DNA of 64,000 nucleotides from an uncultured Gammaproteobacteria bacterium. Lineage in GTDB: Bacteria; Patescibacteriota; Patescibacteriia; UBA9934. The notes beneath the pieces were generated by a model, which searched no databases, was not told the DNA's origin, and saw nothing but the letters and a program-made list of their open reading frames with translations. This document shows positions 1 to 9,068 of the stretch, piece after piece (positions within the stretch are counted from its first letter, which is position 1; every line of letters starts with the position of its first letter). Both the position numbers and the translations under genes were made by a program. The DNA is taken from NCBI GenBank assembly GCA_964401485.1, contig CAYNYL010000002.1, positions 36,452 through 100,451 of the forward strand, read 5' to 3'.

Positions 1-1280
1 ATATCGGGGTCACGAGTGTTCTTGTTCGCGAGATCGCGCGTTCCGCGGAAGAGCCGAAGAAATGGATTCGTGCCGTAATGGGGGTGAAGGCGATCGCGGT
101 TCCGATTACGGTCGCGGTGCTGTTCTTTGGACTTCCGATCGCTAATGCTATTTGGGCGGCATTTGGTGGGCACTTGGCATTCTCGCAAGAGATCATTGGG
201 CTCGTTCGGCTTACAACGCTTGTCGTCATCGCGGACTCGCTGTCGCTCGCGTTTTTCGGGGTTCTTCGGGGTGCGCGGAATCTTTCCGCGGAATCGCTTG
301 GAATCTTTATCGGGCAAACGCTTACGACGCTCGCAGGAGTTGCACTTATCCTTACGGGGAATGCAACACTCGAATCCCTGATTCTTGCGCTGATGGCGGG
401 AAGCGTTTGGAACATGCTTTTTTCAGGAGCGCTTGTTATTCGACGCTACGGAGTTGATAGCCTTGTGCCGGATTTTGTCATGGCGCGAAAAATGGCTCGG
501 CTTGCCGTCGCGTTTTTTGTCGCGGCGATTTTCGTCAAAATACTCGCATCGGTTGATAGCGTGTTTCTCCAGTTATTTCATGGCGAGGAGACAGTTGGCT
601 ATTATGCGGTTGCGTACAAGCTCACCTATGCATTCCAGTTCATTCCGCTCGTGTTTGTCGCTGCGCTGTATCCGGAGATGAGTGCCCTTGCAAATGATGA
701 TGAACGACTTGTTCGGACGACTGAGAAAGCGTTTTGGTACATGGGACTCGTTGCGTTTCCGATCGTGCTTGGAATCTTTTCGGTCGCGGACCAAATTATC
801 GCACTTTTTTATTCTGAGGCATTTCTTCCCGCCGTGCTTCCGCTCCAAATCATGATCTTTGTCCTCCTCTTTGTCTTTTTCGATTTTCCGCTCGGCTCAC
901 TCCTTAATGCCCGCCACCGCCAACGTCAAAAAACGCTTACAACGATTTTAACGGTTATCGTTAATATCATTTGTAACGTTCTTCTTATTCCAAAGTTCGG
1001 TGCTGTTGGAGCGAGTATCGCGGGAATCGTAAGTTTTTGGTTCATGTTTACGGCGGACTATCTTTTCGCGTCACGCGTCGTGCCGCTCCGGTTTTGGGTC
1101 TTTGGCGAACTATTTGTGCGAATTGGAGTACCGTCCATCGTGATGGCGATTGTTGTTCTTCTCGTAAAACATGCTGTGCCAATCTATGTTTCTGTGCCGA
1201 TTGGAGCGATTACATTTCTCATTGGAATCGTGTTGAGCGGGGGATTAAAAAAGGCAGATCTTGTGCGCTATGTTAAGTAG
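1..1280 (+). CDS. Polysaccharide flippase (Wzx/MOP family), 5'-truncated by window edge
   Basis: Frame is open from base 3 (IGVTSVLVREIAR...). Multi-TM protein with flippase-like VGYYAVAYK and LLIPKFGAVGASIA segments; first gene of a glycosyltransferase cluster. Confidence 0.9.
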   Translation, partial: IGVTSVLVREIARSAEEPKKWIRAVMGVKAIAVPITVAVLFFGLPIANAIWAAFGGHLAFSQEIIGLVRLTTLVVIADSLSLAFFGVLRGARNLSAESLGIFIGQTLTTLAGVALILTGNATLESLILALMAGSVWNMLFSGALVIRRYGVDSLVPDFVMARKMARLAVAFFVAAIFVKILASVDSVFLQLFHGEETVGYYAVAYKLTYAFQFIPLVFVAALYPEMSALANDDERLVRTTEKAFWYMGLVAFPIVLGIFSVADQIIALFYSEAFLPAVLPLQIMIFVLLFVFFDFPLGSLLNARHRQRQKTLTTILTVIVNIICNVLLIPKFGAVGASIAGIVSFWFMFTADYLFASRVVPLRFWVFGELFVRIGVPSIVMAIVVLLVKHAVPIYVSVPIGAITFLIGIVLSGGLKKADLVRYVK

Positions 1281-2280
1281 AAAGACGCCACTTTTTCTTA
1301 CGTTTGAGTACCCGCCGGATAAGGGTGGGGTGGGGATGTATGTGGCGATGTTTAAGGAGGCGATTCCTGAGGCGATGGTTGAGCGTCTCGTACCGGGAAG
1401 GCGCTTTTTCTCGTACGCGATTCAAGTTGCAAGAAAGGCTCGAAGAGCAAGTATCGTGGTCTCACAGGGCGTGTTTCCGCTTGGAACCGTAGCATTACTT
1501 TTTCGGTTGCTGTTGCGGATTGAATTTGCGCTTGTATATCACGGAAATGATTTTGATCAAGCGCGAAGGAGTTATTGGCGACGGGCGTTGATGCGTTTTA
1601 TTACGAAACGGGCGAAAGTGGTTGTCGCAAATTCTCAGGCGCTCCGCGAGGAGCTCGAGGCATATTTTGGTCGACCGGTCATCGCGATCCTTCCATGCCT
1701 TTCTTCGGAACTCCTAGCGATTCAACCTAAGCACACAGAAGGCTCTACTGTGCGTCTTCTCTCGATTGCGCGTCTCGTCCCTCGGAAAGGTATTCTCGAG
1801 GTCCTCAAGGCGATTAGAAGTGTCGAAGGGGTTTTGTATACGATTTGCGGTGAGGGACCGGAACTTGAACGTCTCATGCGGTATGTAGCGGACCAGGGGC
1901 TAGAGAAGCGTGTCCGTTTTGTTCGAGCCGGGACCGCGGTCGAAAAAGCGAGGCTTTACAACGATTCGGATATTTTTGTTCTTCCGACAAGGCTTTCGAC
2001 GACGGATCGAGAAGGTTTTGGGATTGTCTATCTTGAGGCGGGGTATTTCGGTCTTCCGTCGATTGCGACAAGGACGAAGGGGGTCGACGAGGCGGTAATT
2101 GACGAAGAAACCGGGATTCTTGTAGATGAGTCAACGCAGGCGATTGTCGAGGCGATTCGTCGTCTAGCGGGTGATGAATTGCTTCGTAGGCGCCTTGGCG
2201 AGATGGCCCATGCCCGGGTCCTTCAGGCCTTTCTACCCGAGCATCGAATTGAACTGATCCGCTCTCTTTTCTATGTCTGA
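1270..2280 (+). CDS. Glycosyltransferase family 4
   Basis: GT-B motifs: YPPDKGGV, ARLVPRKG, EGFGIVYLEA (EX7E). Confidence 0.92.
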   Translation: MLSRKTPLFLTFEYPPDKGGVGMYVAMFKEAIPEAMVERLVPGRRFFSYAIQVARKARRASIVVSQGVFPLGTVALLFRLLLRIEFALVYHGNDFDQARRSYWRRALMRFITKRAKVVVANSQALREELEAYFGRPVIAILPCLSSELLAIQPKHTEGSTVRLLSIARLVPRKGILEVLKAIRSVEGVLYTICGEGPELERLMRYVADQGLEKRVRFVRAGTAVEKARLYNDSDIFVLPTRLSTTDREGFGIVYLEAGYFGLPSIATRTKGVDEAVIDEETGILVDESTQAIVEAIRRLAGDELLRRRLGEMAHARVLQAFLPEHRIELIRSLFYV

Positions 2281-2977
2281 TCGCATTTCTATTATCATTC
2301 CTTCATTCCAGCACGCAAAGTCACTCGATGCTTGCCTTGATTCGATTTGCTCACAAACGCACCAAGAGATTGAAACAATTGTTGTTGACGATGGTTCGAC
2401 CGATGATACAGAGGCGGTGGTTCGGCGCTATGCGGACGTGCGCTATGTGTGGCAAGAGAATCAGGGGGCAAATAGTGCGCGAAATCATGGAGCGAAGCTT
2501 GCGACCGGCGACTACCTCATCTTTTGCGATGCGGATGTGATTATGAAGGAGACGATGCTTAGCGAGCTTCTTACCGCGCTTAAGCGGACCCCGAAGGCAG
2601 ACTTCGCCTACAGCGCCTTCCGCTTTGGGTTTAAGCTGTTCCGAGGCGTGCCGTTTGACATAGAAACGTTGAGGCAAATGAACTATATTCATACAACGGC
2701 GCTTATTCGCCGATCAGCATTTCCGGGATTTGACCCAGCGATTAAACGACTCCAAGATTGGGACCTGTGGCTCACGATGGTTGAGCGAGGATCGGTTGGC
2801 ATCCTTGTGCCCGAAACCCTCTTTGAGGTAAAGATTGATGGTCCTTCCCGAATTGGCTCGTCTTGGCTTCCGAAGGTGCTCTACCGGCTTCCTTGGAAGC
2901 GCTCGTTTTGGATGCCGAGGCCGATTCGTCGATACTATGAAGCGAGGGAGGCTATCGCGAAAAAACATCGTCTATGA
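2273..2977 (+). CDS. Glycosyltransferase family 2
   Basis: ISIIIPSF, VVDDGSTD, ARNHG, DAD, QDWDLWL. Confidence 0.92.
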   Translation: MSDRISIIIPSFQHAKSLDACLDSICSQTHQEIETIVVDDGSTDDTEAVVRRYADVRYVWQENQGANSARNHGAKLATGDYLIFCDADVIMKETMLSELLTALKRTPKADFAYSAFRFGFKLFRGVPFDIETLRQMNYIHTTALIRRSAFPGFDPAIKRLQDWDLWLTMVERGSVGILVPETLFEVKIDGPSRIGSSWLPKVLYRLPWKRSFWMPRPIRRYYEAREAIAKKHRL

Positions 2978-3816
2978 AACTTTCAATTGTCATTGTCACA
3001 TTTCGTGAAAATAGGGAGGTATTGCGGGCATGCTTTGATTCGGTAAAGCGCTCTACGCTTCGCGATCTTGAGGTGATTGTCGTAGATAACGGGGCAAGCG
3101 ACGAGACCCAGGCCCTTGTTCAAGAGTTTGGATTTCGTTATGTACGAAATTCGGAGAACAGAGGGTTTGCCTATGCGGTGAACCAGGGAATGAAGGTGAG
3201 CGTAGGTGAGTACGTACTTCTCCTTAATCCCGACACCGAGTTTGCACCTTCTGTTCTTGGGGCTATGTGTGAACGGCTTGATCGTGATACGGAAGTCGGG
3301 ATTGCGAGTTGTGTTATTCGCTATCCGGACGGCTCTCTCCAAGAAAGCATCCGCCGATTCCCGGGTGTCGCTGACCAGTTGCAGGTCATGCTTAAAATTC
3401 CGCACTTTATCGAGACAAAAGCGATGCGATCGTACATGATGCGTGATCTTGATCCGTTTGCAACACAGGACGTTGACTCGATCATGGGTGCGTTTATGTT
3501 TATTCGTCGCGAGGTGATCCGCACGGTTGGCTATTTTGATGAGCGGTACTTCATTTGGTTTGAAGAGGTTGATTACTGCAAGATGGCGCGAGATGCGGGG
3601 TTTGCGATTCGTCACTACGCTGATGTTGAGATCGTGCATCATAAAGGTCATTCGTTCTCGAAAATTGCCACGATCCGAAAGCAAAAATGGATTCGGACCA
3701 GTCTACGAAAGTATCTCCATAAGCATCATGGTCCGATTGTAGCGCTTTTGTTTTGGGTTCTTGCGCCGGTGTTTATTTTGCTCGGCTATCTCGTTGCCGT
3801 TATAAAACCACGTTAA
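2974..3816 (+). CDS. Glycosyltransferase family 2 (rhamnosyltransferase-like)
   Basis: VVDNGASD, NRGFAYAVNQG, LLLNPD, FDERYFIWFEEVD. Confidence 0.9.
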   Translation: MKLSIVIVTFRENREVLRACFDSVKRSTLRDLEVIVVDNGASDETQALVQEFGFRYVRNSENRGFAYAVNQGMKVSVGEYVLLLNPDTEFAPSVLGAMCERLDRDTEVGIASCVIRYPDGSLQESIRRFPGVADQLQVMLKIPHFIETKAMRSYMMRDLDPFATQDVDSIMGAFMFIRREVIRTVGYFDERYFIWFEEVDYCKMARDAGFAIRHYADVEIVHHKGHSFSKIATIRKQKWIRTSLRKYLHKHHGPIVALLFWVLAPVFILLGYLVAVIKPR

Positions 3817-3817
3817 T

Positions 3818-5422
3818 ATGCTTTTTGATCAATTTTTCTCTCGCTATACGGCACAGGCGGTCCTTGGATTTGTCGTTGTGACGCTTCTTGCGGTGCTTTG
3901 CTGGGCGGTTCCTGCGCTCGCGCTTCCTGCGCTCGTTGTTCTTACCGGAGTAACGCTCTACGCGACGTACCGATCGCTCGAGTATGGGCTACTTATTGCG
4001 TTTTTTGAAATCATCATTGGTGGTCATGGACGACTCATATCGGCGGATCTTTTTGGGTTCTCACTGTCGCTTCGGATGGCGATCTTTGGGGCGGTGTTGC
4101 TTGGGTTCTTCTACGGTTGGTATCGAGGTGTCTACACACCAAAGTGGATCTTTTCTCGAGATAGTGGGCTTGTTCTTTTGCTCGTTGCTGTGGGAATCGG
4201 TTCGCTCGTCGGGTTTTTACGAAATGATCCGTTATCTGCGTTTGATGATGCAAATAGCTACAGCGTACTTCTTTACGCGCTTCCGTTTTCCGCACTAGCG
4301 GTAACTCAGCAGGTAAAGCGCCGGTTTCTTCAAGTGCTTGTGCTTGGGGCGCTTATTCTCTCGTTTAGTTCCGCAGTGCTTTCTTATACGTTTACGCACC
4401 TCGACGGAGATTTTCTCGACATTGTCTATCGATTTGTACGAGATTCAAGGTTGTACGAGGTGACGCTTCAACTTGTTCGCGAAACGCCGGCGGGCCGATT
4501 TGAGGCTCTTGTGGCGAAGTTCTTCCCAGTGCAAACGTATTGGTATCGAATCTTTGGCGCCTCCCAGTTCTACTCGGTGGTGATGCTCCTCCTTCTTGCG
4601 GCACTCGGGTTTTTTGCTTACGTAAAGCAACGTACTCCACCTCTGTTTTATGTTTTTTTTGGGACGGTGGCGTTTGCGTTCCTCCTTGCAATGTCGCGGA
4701 GTTTTCTTATCGGGCTCGGCGTGGCTGGATTGGCGCTTTTAGGAATCGCTCTATTTTCAGCGAGACGTACGTCAGCATTCTTTCGCATAGGGCCGTTTGT
4801 ACTCGCTGGTGCGGGAGCTATTCTCGCGATCGTGATTTCGGTACAGATTCCGCTTCCACCGAATCCACCGATTGAGGGGGCAGCGTTCTATTCCACGTCG
4901 AAGGATACCGTGCGTAGTATGGCGGTCGCTTCAAGGTGGCAGATGCTTGACCCGCTTCTTGCTGAAATAAAAAAATCCCCCTTAATCGGGGCGGGATTTG
5001 GAAAAACGATCACCTATCAAAGCTCGGATCCGCGGGTAATTGCTGAAACGGGCGGGGGGCTCTACACCACCTATCGGTTCGAGTGGGGGTATCTCGATTT
5101 GTTGTTAAAAATGGGGGTTCTCGGAATTATCGCATTCCTCGTCTACGCGTGGTACTTTGTGAAGGCTGGTCTCTACACGGCAAGAAAGCACGGATACGAT
5201 TGGATTGTCTACGGACTTCTTGCTTCGGTTCTCAGTCTCTTTGTAATCAACGTCTTTACCCCGTATCTTAATCATCCAGTTGGACTCTACTTCCTTCTCG
5301 TCGCACCGTTATTTTTCGACTACGAGGGATTCGAATTAACCCGTAATGCGAAGCTCGCCCCGCAACCCGCGAATGTAGTCGACCGCCGACATCGGCTTTT
5401 TGCCCGCTGGTTGAAGGGATAG
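3818..5422 (+). CDS. O-antigen ligase/Wzy-like polytopic membrane protein
   Basis: More than 10 TM segments; SRS, RWQM and PLIGAGFG Wzy_C-type motifs; last gene of the glycan cluster. Confidence 0.78.
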   Translation: MLFDQFFSRYTAQAVLGFVVVTLLAVLCWAVPALALPALVVLTGVTLYATYRSLEYGLLIAFFEIIIGGHGRLISADLFGFSLSLRMAIFGAVLLGFFYGWYRGVYTPKWIFSRDSGLVLLLVAVGIGSLVGFLRNDPLSAFDDANSYSVLLYALPFSALAVTQQVKRRFLQVLVLGALILSFSSAVLSYTFTHLDGDFLDIVYRFVRDSRLYEVTLQLVRETPAGRFEALVAKFFPVQTYWYRIFGASQFYSVVMLLLLAALGFFAYVKQRTPPLFYVFFGTVAFAFLLAMSRSFLIGLGVAGLALLGIALFSARRTSAFFRIGPFVLAGAGAILAIVISVQIPLPPNPPIEGAAFYSTSKDTVRSMAVASRWQMLDPLLAEIKKSPLIGAGFGKTITYQSSDPRVIAETGGGLYTTYRFEWGYLDLLLKMGVLGIIAFLVYAWYFVKAGLYTARKHGYDWIVYGLLASVLSLFVINVFTPYLNHPVGLYFLLVAPLFFDYEGFELTRNAKLAPQPANVVDRRHRLFARWLKG

Positions 5423-6259
5423 GATCTCAAGTGTTCCATTTCCCGTGCCCACAAGAAGACGTCCGTTCAATGTCGAGACCGTTTTGAACGCGAGCGGTTC
5501 GTTGACGGGTCGTGTTTCTAAAATCTTTGTTTGTATCTCGTTAAAAAACGTGTAGGTTCCCGGGAAAGGAATAAAAGCGCGTTGCTTTGCGTTAATCTCT
5601 TTAGCGGTCGCTGACCAATCGATGAGCCCATCGGCCTTTTTCAGAAGTGGGCAGAACGTTGCAAGGTCATGGTCTTGTTCAACGGGCGTGAGGTTCTTCG
5701 CGACGTAAGCGTCAAGTGTTTCAAGAAGAAGGGCGGGTCCACGCTCCATTACGATACGCTCAAGATCCGGAGTGGTGATGGTTTCAGAAAGGGAAACCGG
5801 CTCAGAGCGAAGAATTGGACCGTGGTCCATTTTTTCGTCCATGAGCATGATTGAAATCGCTGTTTCCGTATCCTGTTGTAGGATTGCCCATTGCATTGGA
5901 GATGGCCCGCGGTGTCTTGGAAGTTTTGAAGGGTGCACATTGATCGCTCCGTTTTTCGCGAGCGAGAGGATTGCTTTTGGGATGATGAGTCCATACGCAA
6001 AAACGACGAATAGATCGGCGCTCGCTTTTTTAAGTACTTCTTCGGCGTAGGCGTCTTTAAGAGTCGTTCCTTCGAAAACAGGGATCCCGTGTTTTAACGC
6101 GCAGGACTTTACTGGCGAATCTTCGAGGATACCGTGGCGTCCTTTTGGTTTGCTTGCTTGCGTAACGACAAGAACGACGTTGAATTTTGGATCGAGGACC
6201 AATGCCTCAAGAAAGGGGACAGAAAGCGTCGGTGTTCCAAAGAAGACGACGTTTGTCAT
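5336..6259 (-). CDS. fmt: Methionyl-tRNA formyltransferase
   Basis: VFFGTP, NVHPSKLPRHRGPSP, MDHGP; adjacent to def. Confidence 0.96.
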   Translation of the reverse strand: MTNVVFFGTPTLSVPFLEALVLDPKFNVVLVVTQASKPKGRHGILEDSPVKSCALKHGIPVFEGTTLKDAYAEEVLKKASADLFVVFAYGLIIPKAILSLAKNGAINVHPSKLPRHRGPSPMQWAILQQDTETAISIMLMDEKMDHGPILRSEPVSLSETITTPDLERIVMERGPALLLETLDAYVAKNLTPVEQDHDLATFCPLLKKADGLIDWSATAKEINAKQRAFIPFPGTYTFFNEIQTKILETRPVNEPLAFKTVSTLNGRLLVGTGNGTLEILSLQPAGKKPMSAVDYIRGLRGELRITG

Positions 6260-6747
6260 AGGATGGACTCTTCTTTTTCTTTTGTGAGCTCGTGGAGACT
6301 GTGTGCTCGGTCGATGAAAAGAACGCCATCGAGGTGGTCGATTTCATGTTGAAAGATAACGGAGAGAAGGCCGCCTGTTTTGATTGTTTCTTCTTCGCCC
6401 TTTTCGTTTAAAACTGAAACGGTGATTGCTTTATGGCGTTTTACAACACCAAAGATTCCTGGGACTGAGAGACAGCCTTCCTCACTGTCAACGAGTTTCT
6501 CGGAACGTTTTGTGATAACCGGGTTAAAATACCCCTTCACTCCACGCGGGGTTTGCGCGACGATGAGGCGGATTTTTTGGTTGATTTGTGGGGCGGCGAG
6601 TCCAACGCCGTTTTCGAGCTTCATTGTCTCTTTCATGTCCGCGACAAGGGCGCGCATTTCGTCGCTCGTAATTTCGGTAACTGAAAGTGGGCGAGAAACC
6701 TCGCGAAGTTCTGGATCCGGATTGTGGAGTACGCGTCTACGTGTCAT
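6256..6747 (-). CDS. def: Peptide deformylase
   Basis: GVGLAAPQ, EGCLS, QHEIDHLDG. Confidence 0.97.
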   Translation of the reverse strand: MTRRRVLHNPDPELREVSRPLSVTEITSDEMRALVADMKETMKLENGVGLAAPQINQKIRLIVAQTPRGVKGYFNPVITKRSEKLVDSEEGCLSVPGIFGVVKRHKAITVSVLNEKGEEETIKTGGLLSVIFQHEIDHLDGVLFIDRAHSLHELTKEKEESIL

Positions 6748-8278
6748 AGGTTGAAAGTTGGGATTCGATAATATAGGAATCGTCGAGTGTGAATAGATGG
6801 TCTCGGAGTCGCTCTTCGTTTTCCTGGTTGATTGTAATCGTTGTTACGTTATTTGTCGTCAGCGAATCAAAGGGCACCTCGATTGCTGGAGTCACTGTGT
6901 AGGTTTGGTTGAATGGGATTTGTTTGTAGCGTTCGCGCGTGAGGCGGAGATCATTGAGAAAAGCGTCCGTCTCAAGCATGGTAAGAAAATAGGTCGGATT
7001 GTAGGTTTGAAGAATGCATGGAGCATTCTGTGACCTAGCGAATGCCGTGATTTGATAGAGCCGTCTCGCTCGTTCTTCCGTACTCGTTACCTCGACATTT
7101 TGAAGGCCAAGATCTGGAAAAATGTCGACAACGAGGTCGGCATATTTTCGAAATGGTACGAACGCTTGCTTTAGGGTGATATCTGTCGCGAGGATGAGTG
7201 GCCGGGAAGACTCGCTCTTTTTTTCGCTTAGCTCGCCAATCATCGTTTTACCAAAGCGCGCTTCGAGTGCTTTAAGGACCGTGGCGCTTGCTTTTTCCGT
7301 CGTCGAATCTTGGTTACGGTTGAGGAAATATAGCACGGTTTTTCCGCTTTGTAAAGCCATATCTGTTTCCTCGAGGACCGTTTCCGAGAGAAGGGGGTGT
7401 GTCGTTTTTTGTGCCGTTTCTTTGAGGTTTACGATTCGAACAGGAGGAGGGGATTGGAGGCATGGGTTTAACGAGAGAAGCGGAGGGAAGGTGTCCGATT
7501 CGATAACACGAGTTTTTGAATTCTTCATAAGCGCAGCGACGAGCGGGGCAAGAAAGCGGGGGTTACGCTCAAGGAATTCGTAATCGGAACTCGTGCGTTC
7601 GAGTACGAGGACAAACTTGGCTCCAGCGGTAGGGAGAAGGCTTCCAAGTCGCGTTGCGACAAGCCCGCCTTTACCACTTGTTTGCCAGTGCATGATTGTT
7701 TCACGCTTTTTTAATTTGGGTGTTTTTGATGTGAGAACGGGAACTCCAAGCGACTGGGCGACCTGCTCCGCGAGACGCGGGTTGGGTACAATGATTAATG
7801 TTTTCCCTTTTTTGATCGCTTGGAAGGCGAGGGCGATTTGACCTTCGAGAGAAAGCTGTGCGAAGTCAATGTTCGTATCGCGAAGAGTTTTCGTTACCAC
7901 CTCTGCATCATTTTTATTAAGTGTAAGATTGCGATGGGCGGGAGTTTGAACAATGCTACCGCGTTTTACAGCGCCAAAGTCATGGAGAAGAAAATAGTAA
8001 AGTTGTGACGGGGTTGTGATAATCGACCGCGCAACTTTGTCGATTCGTTCGAGGTCGTGAGTGTTATAAAAATTTGTCACTACGGAGGCGTGAATTTTTG
8101 AAAGACGTTTAACCGAGCTTGTTTTTGCAATTCTTCGTACAACTCCAAGTACTTCTTGACCGCGGAAAGGAATGGCTACAAGGTCTCCCGCCTTAACGTC
8201 GAGCTCTTCAGGAATGGAGTAATCAAAAACATCGAACCTCCTTGGAAGTCGCAATACCGGATACACTTGGGCAATCAT
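6737..8278 (-). CDS. priA: Degenerate primosomal protein N' (PriA-like)
   Basis: PriA N-terminal 3'-DNA-binding region (FDYSIP...GDLVAIPFRG...GVV), remnants LIIVP, VATR, YFLNR, ILQTYNP; priA-def-fmt synteny. No Walker A or Zn-finger visible. Confidence 0.72.
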   Translation of the reverse strand: MIAQVYPVLRLPRRFDVFDYSIPEELDVKAGDLVAIPFRGQEVLGVVRRIAKTSSVKRLSKIHASVVTNFYNTHDLERIDKVARSIITTPSQLYYFLLHDFGAVKRGSIVQTPAHRNLTLNKNDAEVVTKTLRDTNIDFAQLSLEGQIALAFQAIKKGKTLIIVPNPRLAEQVAQSLGVPVLTSKTPKLKKRETIMHWQTSGKGGLVATRLGSLLPTAGAKFVLVLERTSSDYEFLERNPRFLAPLVAALMKNSKTRVIESDTFPPLLSLNPCLQSPPPVRIVNLKETAQKTTHPLLSETVLEETDMALQSGKTVLYFLNRNQDSTTEKASATVLKALEARFGKTMIGELSEKKSESSRPLILATDITLKQAFVPFRKYADLVVDIFPDLGLQNVEVTSTEERARRLYQITAFARSQNAPCILQTYNPTYFLTMLETDAFLNDLRLTRERYKQIPFNQTYTVTPAIEVPFDSLTTNNVTTITINQENEERLRDHLFTLDDSYIIESQLSTYDT

Positions 8279-8279
8279 A

Positions 8280-9068
8280 TTATTCCGGCATCAATGTCGC
8301 GACGAGGTAGCCAACGCCAACGGGCGCTTCGTAGGAGAGGATCGAGGTGGTTGTCGCAATGCCGTCGAGCGCTCCAAAGAGCATGAGCCATTGTCGGAAC
8401 GTGTGGTCCTCGGCTGTTTGGCGAATCGCGGGGTCGAAGGATAAGAGGCGCGCCGAGCTTCGTTCAACGAGAATTTCTTGCATGCTCGTATCAAAGATTG
8501 GGCCAGATTCGTGGAATCCGGAAGGGGATTCTTCTTTTACACGATGGGAAAGGTCGCCAGATGCGATAATCGCAATACGCTTGTTTGAATGGAAGAGAGC
8601 TTCTTGGAGCGCTTGACCGAAGAGAAAGTGCTCCTTGTCATCGAGTTCGCTGTAGGTAATCGGAAGAATTGGGACATTCGGAAGCGTTTTGACGATGTAG
8701 GACAGGGGAACGGCGCTCGCGTAGTGGAGTACATCGCTCGTGAGCGTGATGCGCGTTTCTTCGCGACGCAGCGAGCGCTGGACGCGGTCGGCGAGTGCAT
8801 GGTCCGCTTTAACAGTGAGCGGGTAGTCGAGTACTCCAAGCTCGGAAAGGTCGAAGCGAATTGGATCGTGTAGGTTGATTGAGAAGCTGTCCGAATAGAG
8901 GTACGGATGTTCGCTTAGTAGGACGATCGTATCAGGTCTTGCGGCGTAAAGTTCCCGCGAGAACTCCTGCATCGCTTCGGTTGTCTGTGAAACGGCATGC
9001 ATACCTTCCGGGTTTACTTGCGGAAGGAGGAGTGGGGAGTGGGGGGTGACGCCGGCGAAGACGATCAT
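8280..9068 (-). CDS. MEMO1/LigB-like protein (AmmeMemoRadiSam B family)
   Basis: PHSPLL, SEH, ASGDLSH, SYEAPVGVGY. Confidence 0.8.
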   Translation of the reverse strand: MIVFAGVTPHSPLLLPQVNPEGMHAVSQTTEAMQEFSRELYAARPDTIVLLSEHPYLYSDSFSINLHDPIRFDLSELGVLDYPLTVKADHALADRVQRSLRREETRITLTSDVLHYASAVPLSYIVKTLPNVPILPITYSELDDKEHFLFGQALQEALFHSNKRIAIIASGDLSHRVKEESPSGFHESGPIFDTSMQEILVERSSARLLSFDPAIRQTAEDHTFRQWLMLFGALDGIATTTSILSYEAPVGVGYLVATLMPE

